Positions 34,742-43,855 of a stretch of DNA of 51,803 bases are shown piece by piece. The translations under genes and the position numbers were made by a program. The notes beneath the pieces are model-generated. The model did not search any database. It was not told the DNA's origin and saw nothing but the letters and a program-made list of their open reading frames with translations. This DNA comes from Synergistaceae bacterium (GTDB lineage: Bacteria > Synergistota > Synergistia > Synergistales > Synergistaceae), in assembly GCA_045601305.1 (NCBI GenBank), contig JAZRZG010000030.1, positions 1 to 51,803 on the forward strand, written 5' to 3'. Every line of letters starts with the position of its first letter. Within the stretch, counting starts at the first letter, position 1.

Positions 34742-34933
34742 AAGTACGGCTGTCAGCAGTCAGCTGTCAGTCGCCGGTTGTTCTATAATAGTCTTGAATA
34801 GTCTTGCTTAGGGTAATTAAGTGCGGCGCCTCTGCGCCATTACCCGCTGAAAAGCGGTTGAGGACAGGAGAGTTTGCTGAATTTTATTCGGAGTTTATCG
34901 TGAAATTAAATTAACCAACGGAGGAGATAAATT

Positions 34934-36028
34934 ATGCTGCATTGCGGAATAGTCGGGCTGCCTTTGAGCGGCAAGTCAACGGTTTTCAACGTTATCACGA
35001 GGGCTGGCGCTGAGGTTAAGCCGTACGCAGGCGGAAAAACAGACCCCAACAAGGCTGTTGTTTCTGTGCCTGACAAGCGTTTTGACCATCTTTGCGAAGT
35101 TTTCGCGCCGAAAAAGGAAACGCCGGCTCAGATTGAATTTGTTGATCTTGCAGGGCTTTCACGGGGGGCAGGAAAAGGCGCAGGTCTGGGCAACGCTTTT
35201 CTTTCCTTTGTTGCAGACGCAGACGCGCTGATTCAGGTAATACGCTGTTTTGAAAACAGTTCGGTCGAGCACCCTGAAGGCAGCATTGACCCTATGCGCG
35301 ACTGGGACATTGTTGAAAATGAACTTGTTTTCCGCGACTACGCGGTCATTGAAAACCGACTGAACAAACTCAACGAAAAGAAGAAGCTGCTGCCTGCCGA
35401 GGTTAAAGAAAAAGAGCTGCTTGAGCGCTGTTTTGCATGCCTTGAAGAAGAAAAACCGCTTCGCTATGTTGAAATGAGCGACGAAGAAAAACATCTGCTC
35501 AAAAGCTATGCCTTTGTCACGGCAAAGCCTGAGCTTATTGTTCTTAACCTTGACGATTCCCAGAGCGACGAAAGCAAAATACCGCAGTACGAAGCGCTCA
35601 AAAAACGCGCGGAGGAACAGGGAATTGAAATATGCAAATTGTACGGAAGTCTTGAAATGGACATTGCAGAGTTCAGCGAAGAAGAAGCCGCGGAATTTAC
35701 GGAGGGGCTGAACATTGCTGAGCCCGGCAGAGAACGTCTCATTCAGGCGGCATATTCCGTACTCGGTCTTATAAGTTTCTTCACAAGCGGAGCTGACGAA
35801 GTGCGCGCGTGGACGCTGCACAAGGGCGACAGCGCAGTTCAGGCGGCAGGCGCCATTCACTCTGACCTTGCAAGAGGTTTCATACGCGCGCAGGTGGTTG
35901 CGTATGACGATTACGCGGCACACGGCGATTCGTTTGACGAATGCCGCAAGGCAGGCGTTTTGCGCCTCGAAGGCAAGGAATATCCTGTAAAAGACGGAGA
36001 TATGATAGAAATCAGATTTAACGTGTAG
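34934..36028 (+). CDS. ychF: redox-regulated ribosome-binding ATPase YchF
   Basis: GIVGLPLSGKSTVFN P-loop, DLAGL, coiled-coil insert, C-terminal TGS-like FIRAQV...DGDMIEIRFNV. GGAGGAG SD. Confidence 0.9.
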   Translation: MLHCGIVGLPLSGKSTVFNVITRAGAEVKPYAGGKTDPNKAVVSVPDKRFDHLCEVFAPKKETPAQIEFVDLAGLSRGAGKGAGLGNAFLSFVADADALIQVIRCFENSSVEHPEGSIDPMRDWDIVENELVFRDYAVIENRLNKLNEKKKLLPAEVKEKELLERCFACLEEEKPLRYVEMSDEEKHLLKSYAFVTAKPELIVLNLDDSQSDESKIPQYEALKKRAEEQGIEICKLYGSLEMDIAEFSEEEAAEFTEGLNIAEPGRERLIQAAYSVLGLISFFTSGADEVRAWTLHKGDSAVQAAGAIHSDLARGFIRAQVVAYDDYAAHGDSFDECRKAGVLRLEGKEYPVKDGDMIEIRFNV

Positions 36029-36057
36029 CACGGCACATAATTGCTGAGTCAGCCGAA

Positions 36058-36070
36058 ATAACAGTCCGCC
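36058..36070 (+). repeat. 13-nt direct repeat, left copy (ataacagtccgcc)
   Basis: Exact copy of 36514-36526. The two copies bracket hicB. Confidence 0.9.
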
Positions 36071-36112
36071 ATGTTATAAATCGTCATGGCATAAAATAGG
36101 CGGTGAAAAATA

Positions 36113-36490
36113 ATGAAAACAATTTATCCGGCAAAATTTCACAAAGAGAATGAAAGCTATTGGGTTGAATTTCAAGACCTTGAAGGTTGCTATTCCGACG
36201 GCATAACGCTTGAAGAGGCTGTTAAAAACGCGCAGGAAGCACTAAGCGCGCACTTGGCGTATCTTTTGGACAAAAATACAGCTGTTCCCGAGCCGTCAGA
36301 TATTGTGACATTATCAGCAGGCGACAATGAATTTGTTACATACATTTGCGGAAATCCCGAGGCGTATATTACCCGCAACAAAACCGTTAAAAAAACGCTC
36401 ACGGTTCCCAAGTGGTTAAACGATGCGGCTGAGCGAAGAAACATAAATTTCTCGTCGGTATTGAAAGACGCGTTGCTTGAGAGAGTATAG
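36113..36490 (+). CDS. hicB: HicB-family antitoxin (UPF0150 fold + C-terminal RHH-like tail), no HicA partner
   Basis: IYPAKFHKENESYWVEFQDLEGCYSDGITLEEAVKNAQEAL is the classic HicB N-domain. The C-terminal LTVPKWLNDAAERRNINFSSVLKDALLERV is ribbon-helix-helix-like. Confidence 0.75.
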   Translation: MKTIYPAKFHKENESYWVEFQDLEGCYSDGITLEEAVKNAQEALSAHLAYLLDKNTAVPEPSDIVTLSAGDNEFVTYICGNPEAYITRNKTVKKTLTVPKWLNDAAERRNINFSSVLKDALLERV

Positions 36491-36513
36491 AAAGTTAATA
36501 AATGTCTTGCTGT

Positions 36514-36526
36514 ATAACAGTCCGCC
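36514..36526 (+). repeat. 13-nt direct repeat, right copy (ataacagtccgcc)
   Basis: Exact copy of 36058-36070. Here it forms the 5' arm of the terminator hairpin. Confidence 0.9.
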
Positions 36527-36556
36527 CTGCGTGTAAACGTAAGGCGGATTTAATTT
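36521..36556 (+). terminator. Rho-independent terminator after hicB
   Basis: tccgcc...ggcgga stem with an inner cgt/acg pairing, followed by tttaattt. Confidence 0.55.
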
Positions 36557-36571
36557 GCGGTAATGTTGGTA

Positions 36572-36607
36572 TAAAAACAGGTGACAAATCACCTGAATTT
36601 TCATTAG
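36572..36607 (+). repeat. 36-nt repeat, copy A, with palindromic core caggtga-caaa-tcacctg
   Basis: taaaaacaggtgacaaatcacctgaattttcattag. 35/36 identical to 36715-36750. Confidence 0.9.
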
Positions 36608-36714
36608 CGGCACAGCCGACGTTTTGCCAGAAAAACATATAAGCTGAAAGTGTTTGTATATGTTAAGATTATTCGGACTTGCAAAAATGCGAGAAGATGT
36701 TATTATTCTTAATG

Positions 36715-36750
36715 TAAAAACAGGTGACAAATCACCCGAATTTTCATTAG
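36715..36750 (+). repeat. 36-nt repeat, copy B
   Basis: taaaaacaggtgacaaatcacccgaattttcattag. It ends 12 nt before the ATG of the DUF4143 ATPase gene. Confidence 0.9.
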
Positions 36751-36762
36751 GTGGTGCCCGGC

Positions 36763-38016
36763 ATGGAAATAAAACGCGACAAATATCTTGAAAAATTGCT
36801 TGTTCGCCGCAATAACGGCATGATAAAAATAATTACAGGAATAAGACGCTGCGGAAAGTCATATCTGTTATTCAGACTTTTCGCTGATAAACTGCTTGCT
36901 GACGGAATTGACGAAGAACATATAATACGAATGGAACTGGACAGATATGAAAATAAAGACTTTAGAAATCCTGACGCGCTGTATTCTTTTGTAAAAAATA
37001 AACTCAAAGACAGGGGACAGTATTATCTGCTGCTTGATGAAGTTCAGCTGCTGCCTGACTTTGAATCTGTACTCAACAGCTTTCTTCATATTCCCAATCT
37101 TGACGTTTATGTTACGGGCAGCAATTCAAGATTTTTGTCATCGGACATAGTTACAGAATTTCGCGGGCGCGGTGACCAAGTAAGAGTAGCTCCGCTGACT
37201 TTTGCCGAAATATATAATTTTTCCGGCAAACCGTATCAGCAGCTTCTGCCCGAATTTTTACGCTTTGGCGGAATGCCTTTAGTTGTTTTGATGGAGAGTG
37301 AAGAGCAGAAAAAAGAATACTTGCAGAGCTTGTTTGAGAATGTATATATAAACGATGTGGTTGAAAGGAACGACATAAGGCTGAAAGAAGACTTGGACGA
37401 CCTTGTTAATGTGCTGGCATCTGTGACAGGCTCAGTAACGAACGCGCACAAAATCGCTGATACCTTTAAATCCAAAAAACAAAGCAGCTGCGGTTATTTT
37501 ACAATAGCGAAATACATTGATTTTCTAAAAGACGCTTTTATGATATCGGAAGCGAAAAGATACGATATTAAAGGCAGACGCTATATAAACGCAGGACGCA
37601 AATATTATTTTGCCGATCACGGTTTACGCAACGCAAGGCTGAATTTTATGCAGCAGGATAAATCATTTCTGATGGAAAATCTTGTGTATAATGAGCTGAA
37701 AAGCCGCGGGTACAGCGTAAATGTCGGTGTTGTTGAACGGACTGAAAGAAATGCTGAGGGCATAAGGCAGAAAAAACAATATGAAGTTGATTTTATTGCC
37801 GAACGTGCGGAAAAAAAATACTATATACAGTCATGTATGCAGATTAACACAACAGAAAAATTGGAACAGGAAGCTGCATCTCTCAAATATATAGACGATT
37901 CCTTCAGAAAAGTAATAATACGGCAGGATTTAGCCTTTTCAGCGCCGGATGACAGCGGAATCTACCATCTTAGATTAGAGGATTTTCTGCTGAAAGAAAA
38001 CAATTTGGACTATTAA
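36763..38016 (+). CDS. AAA-family ATPase with C-terminal DUF4143-type domain (COG1373-like)
   Basis: Walker A GIRRCGKSYL and Walker B YLLLDEVQ. Size and layout are typical of the 'ATPase, DUF4143' proteins common in accessory DNA. ATG 36763 (MEIKRDKYL) is preferred. Confidence 0.7.
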   Translation: MEIKRDKYLEKLLVRRNNGMIKIITGIRRCGKSYLLFRLFADKLLADGIDEEHIIRMELDRYENKDFRNPDALYSFVKNKLKDRGQYYLLLDEVQLLPDFESVLNSFLHIPNLDVYVTGSNSRFLSSDIVTEFRGRGDQVRVAPLTFAEIYNFSGKPYQQLLPEFLRFGGMPLVVLMESEEQKKEYLQSLFENVYINDVVERNDIRLKEDLDDLVNVLASVTGSVTNAHKIADTFKSKKQSSCGYFTIAKYIDFLKDAFMISEAKRYDIKGRRYINAGRKYYFADHGLRNARLNFMQQDKSFLMENLVYNELKSRGYSVNVGVVERTERNAEGIRQKKQYEVDFIAERAEKKYYIQSCMQINTTEKLEQEAASLKYIDDSFRKVIIRQDLAFSAPDDSGIYHLRLEDFLLKENNLDY

Positions 38017-38169
38017 AACAGCATTGCGCGTTTTACCGAAATAAAGGCGCGTATTAATCAGGACAATATACGATACGGCAATTTTTGTGTAGTAAAGACG
38101 ATAAAAGCACGGGGGCACGGAAGAGGCGCACAAGGCGCGGAAGACTTAATAAATAACAATATTTTGTAT

Positions 38170-38197
38170 TTTCATAACTCTTTATAGGTGGTATAAT
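38170..38197 (+). promoter_or_regulatory. extended -10 promoter candidate for typA
   Basis: tttcat, a 16-nt spacer with TGg, then TATAAT (38192-38197), about 75 nt upstream of the ATG. Confidence 0.45.
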
Positions 38198-38270
38198 CCT
38201 CTTTTGTTCGGGTATTAAACCCCGTATGATACTCCTATGGCTTATCGGGCGACGAAAGGAAACAGATAAA

Positions 38271-40163
38271 ATGCAGGACGCGTCAAAAATCAGAAACATA
38301 GCAATCATAGCTCACATTGACCACGGAAAGACTACGCTGATTGACGGTATTTTTAAGGCAGCAAGGCTTTTCCGCGACAATCAGGTCGTGGAGGAGCGCG
38401 TTATGGACGCAGGTTCAATCGAACGCGAACGCGGGATAACGATAAAATCAAAACATTGCACGGTTGAATGGGGCGGCTATAAAATCAACATAGTTGACAC
38501 CCCCGGACACGCTGATTTTTCAGGCGAAGTCGAACGTGTTCTCTCTATGGTTGACTCGGTGCTTTTGCTTGTTGACGCTAACGAAGGTCCGATGCCTCAG
38601 ACGCGCTACGTGCTTATGCATTCGCTCAAACTCGGGCTTAAGCCTATTGTCATAGTGAACAAAGTTGACCGCCCGAACGCTGACCCTGCAGGCGCTTTGG
38701 ACAAAACTTTTGACCTGTTTATAGAGCTTGGCGCAACGGAAGAACAGTGTGATTTCAAGGCATTGTACGGCTCTGGCTTGCAGGGGTGGCTTGTGGATGA
38801 CATGGACAGAATTCCTGAGGGCGCAAGCGCCGGAATGGATGACCTTTTCAAAACAATTATCGAAAATGTCCCGGCGCCTGCCGCAGACATGGAAAAACCG
38901 TTCAAAATGCAGGTTTGCACGCTCAGCTGGAGCGAATATCTCGGTCGTATCGGCTGCGGAAAAATATTGCAGGGCAGGCTTAAAAAAGGCGACAGAATCG
39001 TGCGCACGCACACTCGCTGGAAGGATTATGACCAGACAGACTGGGAGGCTGTTTCAGCCGAAAATGCCGCCTGTACGCACCTTTACGTAACGGAAGGACT
39101 GGGCAGGGCTGAGGTTGAAGAAGCGGGCGCTGGAGATATTGTATGGTTCACGGGTCCTGAAAATATTGACCTTGGCGACACAATTACCGCGCCTGAAATT
39201 TCAGGCGAAGTTATGCCGCCTCTTGATATTGAAGAGCCTACGGTTTCAATGCTTTTCCTTGTCAACACAAGCCCGTTCGCAGGGCGCGACGGCAACGCAA
39301 TCACGCTTCGTCAGCTGAAAGCGCGTCTTGACCGTGAGCTCAAAACAGACCCTGCGCTTCGTGTTGAAGACATCGGCAGAGCAGACGGCGTAAAGGTTTC
39401 AGGACGCGGCGAGCTTCATCTCGGCATAATCATCGAAGAAATACGCCGCGAAGGCTCAGAAATTTGTGTGTCAGGTCCTGAGGTTATAGTACAGCAGGGG
39501 GCAGACGGCAGAAAACTTGAACCGTTTGAGGAGCTTATTATCGATGTTCCTGAGGAATATCAGGGCGCGGTTATTCAGAAACTTGCGCCGCGCAAGGGCG
39601 AGCTTACGAACATGGAAAACAACGGCACAGGCGTACTCCGTCTGCAGTTCAAGATACCTACGCGCGGGCTCATCGGCTATCGCAGCGAATTTTTAACAGA
39701 CACGCGCGGGCTCGGCATTCTTGCTTCGCGTTTTGTCGGTTATGAGCCGTGGGTCGGTGAAATTACCACAAGAAACCGCGGTTCGCTCGTCAGCGTTGAC
39801 ACAGGACAGGCTACAAGCTATGCGATAGACAACATTCAGGTGCGCGGCACAATGTTCATAAAGCCGGGAGACGAAATTTACAACGGTCAGGTGGTCGGAG
39901 AAGCCTCGCGCAACAGAGACCTGCCTGTCAATCCGTGCAAAGCAAAGCAGAAAACGAACTACCGTTCGGCAACAAAGGATATGATGATTGTTCTTGACGT
40001 TCCGCGTACAATGACTGTTGACGCTGCGCTTGAATGGATAGCGTCCGATGAACTTGTCGAAGTCACGCCGAACAGCGTTCGTATCAGAAAAATGATACTT
40101 GACCACAACGAGCGCAGAAAAGCGCGTATCAAGGCTGGTATTATCGATGACGAAGATGAATAG
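38271..40163 (+). CDS. typA: translational GTPase TypA/BipA
   Basis: [33 protein letters not shown]-like domains and the C-terminal BipA domain are present. ATG 38271 follows AAGGAAA. Confidence 0.9.
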   Translation: MQDASKIRNIAIIAHIDHGKTTLIDGIFKAARLFRDNQVVEERVMDAGSIERERGITIKSKHCTVEWGGYKINIVDTPGHADFSGEVERVLSMVDSVLLLVDANEGPMPQTRYVLMHSLKLGLKPIVIVNKVDRPNADPAGALDKTFDLFIELGATEEQCDFKALYGSGLQGWLVDDMDRIPEGASAGMDDLFKTIIENVPAPAADMEKPFKMQVCTLSWSEYLGRIGCGKILQGRLKKGDRIVRTHTRWKDYDQTDWEAVSAENAACTHLYVTEGLGRAEVEEAGAGDIVWFTGPENIDLGDTITAPEISGEVMPPLDIEEPTVSMLFLVNTSPFAGRDGNAITLRQLKARLDRELKTDPALRVEDIGRADGVKVSGRGELHLGIIIEEIRREGSEICVSGPEVIVQQGADGRKLEPFEELIIDVPEEYQGAVIQKLAPRKGELTNMENNGTGVLRLQFKIPTRGLIGYRSEFLTDTRGLGILASRFVGYEPWVGEITTRNRGSLVSVDTGQATSYAIDNIQVRGTMFIKPGDEIYNGQVVGEASRNRDLPVNPCKAKQKTNYRSATKDMMIVLDVPRTMTVDAALEWIASDELVEVTPNSVRIRKMILDHNERRKARIKAGIIDDEDE

Positions 40164-41430
40164 ACCTTTTGTACTGCGAAAAATATACGGAGACGATGTT
40201 TTCAGTTCAGTGAGATGTCTCATCGACAGAATAGGAGATCCGCTTATCGGAGATCTTTGCTTTGACGAGGAAAAAGACAATTACTTTGACGCTGTGTGCC
40301 GAATGGCAGACAATGCCGAAAAGCTCGGTACAGCCGGAAATCCCTGGCTGCTGTGGCTTGCGAAATTGTTTTCCGAAACAGAAACGCAGTTTGCGCTTGC
40401 CCATGAACGCACGGCACATCTCAGCGGAAGCCTTAAAGAGATTCTGCTTGAAGAACTTGAAGATTTTGTTAAATATGTCTCTTTTGACCTCAGACAACTT
40501 GATGAATTTACAGAAACGGAGTGCTACTCCCATATAGCTGATTTCACGCCGCTGCGCGAAAGTAAAAACGAAGTTTCGCGCCGTGTCGCAGCGCTTGCGG
40601 AAGATCTTGGCGCGGCAAAAAGCGTGTCGGAGCTTTACGCCGTGCTTGCGAAATTCTACGAGGCGCACGGCGTAGGGCAGTATGCGCTCTGCAAAGCGTT
40701 CCGCTGGGACAAAAACGCGCGCGCGATCGTTCCCGTAACAAACACGGAGAAAGTCGCGCTTTCGGACATAATCGGCTATGACGAGCAGAAGCGGCTGCTT
40801 TGCGAAAACACAGAAGCCTTTGTTGAAGGGCGTCCTGCCAACAACGTGCTGCTCTACGGCGAAAGCGGAACAGGCAAATCCACTTCAGTAAAAGCGATTA
40901 TGAATGAGTACGCAGAGCGCGGGCTGCGCGTGGTTGAAGTTTACAAACATCAAATTGAAGATTTGGACGAGATTATCAACATTATCAAGAACAGAAATTA
41001 CCGTTTTATTCTTTTTATGGATGACCTTTCCTTTGAACAGTTTGAAATTGAATACAAATATCTCAAATCGTTTATCGAGGGCGGACTTGAAAAACGTCCG
41101 GACAACGTGCTTATCTACGCAACTTCAAACCGCCGCCATCTCATGAAAGAGAGCTGGAAGGACAAAGAGGATATGCAGGAAGATATGCACGAGTCCGAAA
41201 CAATGCAGGAAAAGATGTCGCTTGTTGACCGCTTCGGACTGCTTATCCGCTACATTTCGCCGGCTCAGCGCGAATATCTGAACATTGTCCGCGCGCTTGC
41301 AGCGGAATACGGCATTGAAATTAACGAAGAACTTGAACATGGCGCAATCCGCTGGGAACTGCAGCACGGAGGTTTTTCCGGACGCGCCGCAAGACAGTTT
41401 GTGGAGCACGCGGCTGGAAAAAAGAAATAA
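40156..41430 (+). CDS. DUF815-type AAA ATPase (COG2607-like)
   Basis: LLYGESGTGKSTSVKAI Walker A, ILFMDDLSF Walker B, ATSNRRHL sensor. The start overlaps the typA stop (ATG 40156; alternative 40147). Confidence 0.7.
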   Translation: MNRPFVLRKIYGDDVFSSVRCLIDRIGDPLIGDLCFDEEKDNYFDAVCRMADNAEKLGTAGNPWLLWLAKLFSETETQFALAHERTAHLSGSLKEILLEELEDFVKYVSFDLRQLDEFTETECYSHIADFTPLRESKNEVSRRVAALAEDLGAAKSVSELYAVLAKFYEAHGVGQYALCKAFRWDKNARAIVPVTNTEKVALSDIIGYDEQKRLLCENTEAFVEGRPANNVLLYGESGTGKSTSVKAIMNEYAERGLRVVEVYKHQIEDLDEIINIIKNRNYRFILFMDDLSFEQFEIEYKYLKSFIEGGLEKRPDNVLIYATSNRRHLMKESWKDKEDMQEDMHESETMQEKMSLVDRFGLLIRYISPAQREYLNIVRALAAEYGIEINEELEHGAIRWELQHGGFSGRAARQFVEHAAGKKK

Positions 41431-41437
41431 ACAAACG

Positions 41438-41463
41438 GCTCTGCTTCGGCAGGGCATTTTTAT
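41438..41463 (+). terminator. Rho-independent terminator-like hairpin
   Basis: gctctgc-ttcg-gcagggc (one G-U pair) followed by atttttatt. Confidence 0.5.
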
Positions 41464-41566
41464 TGCAATGCCGCATATTGAAAAATCCGGCAAAGTAGTT
41501 TACAATAAATCCGTTTTGTAAGGCATTGAAAAACAAAAGACAATTTGAGACGGGGAGTTGGTATAT

Positions 41567-42604
41567 ATGCGTCATACACTTGGAATTACAATGGGAGACC
41601 CTGCGGGAATAGGCGCTGAAATCACTGTAAAGGCGCTTTCAGACAAGGCTGTTTACGAACGCTGCATTCCTGTGGTAATCGGCGACGGAGCGGTTTTGAA
41701 AAAAATGCTGCGCCACAGCAGCGAAGTGCTTGCGATAAATACAATCAAAAGCCCTTCCGAAGCCAAAGGGCAGTTCGGCATTATTGACCTTATAGACCTT
41801 AAAATGATTGAAGAGGGCGGCTGGGAGTTCGGCAAGGTGCAGAAAAACTGCGGAGACGCCTCCTTTAACTACGTTACCACCGGAATAGAGCTTGCGATGA
41901 AAGGCGAGCTGCACGCGGTTGTAACAGGACCAATCAACAAAGAGGCAATTAACCTTGCGGGGCATGCTTACGCGGGGCATACGGAAATTTTTGCGAAATA
42001 CACCGGTACAGACGATTACGGTATGCTGCTTACCGCGCCCGGACTTCGCGTAGTCCACGTCACAACGCACGTTTCAATGCGCGGCGCCTGTGACATCATC
42101 CGCGAACATCCTGAACGCGTTGAAACAACGATAGAGCTTGCCAAAGAAGCCATGCATCTTCTTGGCAACGACAATCCGCGCATAGCGGTTGCCGGACTCA
42201 ACGCGCACTGCTCGGAACACGGACTTTTCGGTGACGAAGAACGCGTTTCAATAATTCCGGCAGTGGAAAAATGCCGCGCGAAAGGCATAAACGTTGAAGG
42301 TCCAATCCCGCCTGATACAGTATTTGTCAAGGCTGTTGCAGGAAAATATGACATAGTTGTCGCAATGTATCACGATCAGGGTCATATCCCTCTCAAACTC
42401 TGCGGCTTCAAACTTGACTCAAAAACCAACAAATTTACCGCAATGTCCGGCGTAAACATCACGGTGGGACTTCCGATTATACGCACAAGCGTTGACCACG
42501 GCACTGCTTTCGGTCACGCAGGCATGGGCTTTGCAAACGAACAGAGCCTTGTTGACGCGATTTACACAGCCTGCGACATGGCGGCTGTGAAATTCGGAAA
42601 ATAA
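41567..42604 (+). CDS. pdxA: PdxA-family NAD-dependent dehydrogenase (PdxA2-like, 4-phospho-tetronate dehydrogenase type)
   Basis: GITMGDPAGIGAEI N-terminus, GHTE, YHDQGHIPLK, SVDHGTAF motifs. It is adjacent to a DUF1537 kinase rather than to pdxJ or other PLP genes. Confidence 0.8.
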   Translation: MRHTLGITMGDPAGIGAEITVKALSDKAVYERCIPVVIGDGAVLKKMLRHSSEVLAINTIKSPSEAKGQFGIIDLIDLKMIEEGGWEFGKVQKNCGDASFNYVTTGIELAMKGELHAVVTGPINKEAINLAGHAYAGHTEIFAKYTGTDDYGMLLTAPGLRVVHVTTHVSMRGACDIIREHPERVETTIELAKEAMHLLGNDNPRIAVAGLNAHCSEHGLFGDEERVSIIPAVEKCRAKGINVEGPIPPDTVFVKAVAGKYDIVVAMYHDQGHIPLKLCGFKLDSKTNKFTAMSGVNITVGLPIIRTSVDHGTAFGHAGMGFANEQSLVDAIYTACDMAAVKFGK

Positions 42605-42605
42605 A

Positions 42606-43772
42606 ATGCCCAAGCTGCTTGTCTTAGCCGATGACTTTACCGGCTCCTTAGATACAGGAGTCCAGTTCGCCAAGGCAGGAATTTCAACAAGAGTAATATT
42701 TTCAGACATTGAAAGCTGCGACATTTCGGCATACCTTGAAACGGTTGTCGTTGCCGACCTTGAAAGCCGGCATGATACGCCGGAAAAAGCATACGAAAAA
42801 GTTTATCGTATTTCCGAAAAGGCATGTGCAGACGGTGTAAAGCATTTCTACAAAAAAACAGACTCTGCGCTTCGCGGCAATATCGGAGCGGAACTTTCGG
42901 CTATGCTTAACGCCGTAAAAGCAAGCGTGCTTGAATTTGTGCCGGCGTTTCCAAAAAACGGACGCACAACAGTAAATGGCGTACAATTTATTTCAGGCGT
43001 GGAAGTCGCAAAGTCAGTATTCGGCGAAGACCCGTTTAATCCTGTTACAAAATCCTATATTCCCGACATCATCGCGCAGCAGTCGGATACAGCGGTGACG
43101 CTTGGCAAGGATTTGCCCTGCCCGTTTATACGCGTGCATGACGCGCAAAGCGAAGAAGATTTGCGCAAAACCGCGGACAAAATCAGCTGCACAGCCGCGC
43201 TTGCAGGCTGTGCCGGATTTGCGGAATACCTGCCGGGGCTTCTCGGGCTTGCGGCAGAACAAAAAACGGAAGAAAAACGCTCAGAAAAAACAAAAATTCT
43301 GCTTGTTTCGGGCAGCGTGAACGCCATAACGCTTGAACAGACAGCAGAAGCGGCAAAAGAACATAAGATATTCGCTCTTTCCGACAGCGACAAAACAATC
43401 GCGGAATATTATGCTCAGAAAAACTGTGTGTTAATTTCCTCTGCAGACAGCGCAAATGAGCCGGATTTTTCGTCGTACAGCGCTGAGGAAACCGAAGCGC
43501 TGCGGCAGGAAACAGCTGAAATCATCTCGGCAAAAACGGAACGGCTTTTTAATACCCTCCGTCCCGATCTGCTTGCGATATTCGGTGGAGACACGCTAAT
43601 ACAGACAGTCAGAAAACTCGGCTGCAAAAGCATAACGCCGCTGTGCGAAATCTCCTCAGGCACAGTGCTCTGCAAAGCGCAGACAGACACGCGGGAATTT
43701 CTCCTCGTCTCAAAATCCGGCGGCTTCGGCGGCAAAAATATCGTCAAAGAAATTATGGAGTTTGAATATTAA
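42606..43772 (+). CDS. four-carbon acid sugar kinase family protein (DUF1537)
   Basis: LVLADDFTGSLDTGVQFAKAG N-terminus and KKTDSALRGNIG motif, typical of DUF1537 (OtnK/DtnK-type) kinases. It starts 2 nt after the pdxA-like stop. Confidence 0.75.
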   Translation: MPKLLVLADDFTGSLDTGVQFAKAGISTRVIFSDIESCDISAYLETVVVADLESRHDTPEKAYEKVYRISEKACADGVKHFYKKTDSALRGNIGAELSAMLNAVKASVLEFVPAFPKNGRTTVNGVQFISGVEVAKSVFGEDPFNPVTKSYIPDIIAQQSDTAVTLGKDLPCPFIRVHDAQSEEDLRKTADKISCTAALAGCAGFAEYLPGLLGLAAEQKTEEKRSEKTKILLVSGSVNAITLEQTAEAAKEHKIFALSDSDKTIAEYYAQKNCVLISSADSANEPDFSSYSAEETEALRQETAEIISAKTERLFNTLRPDLLAIFGGDTLIQTVRKLGCKSITPLCEISSGTVLCKAQTDTREFLLVSKSGGFGGKNIVKEIMEFEY

Positions 43773-43791
43773 AAAAGTCTGCAAAGTTATT

Positions 43792-43828
43792 AAATCCGCT
43801 CATAAAAACGTTGAGCGGATTTTTGTTT
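43792..43828 (+). terminator. Rho-independent terminator (between convergent genes)
   Basis: aatccgctca / tgagcggatt 10-bp stem, a 9-10-nt loop, then tttgtttg. Confidence 0.7.
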
Positions 43829-43855
43829 GTTTTATGCAGAGTGTTCCGGCTGAAA

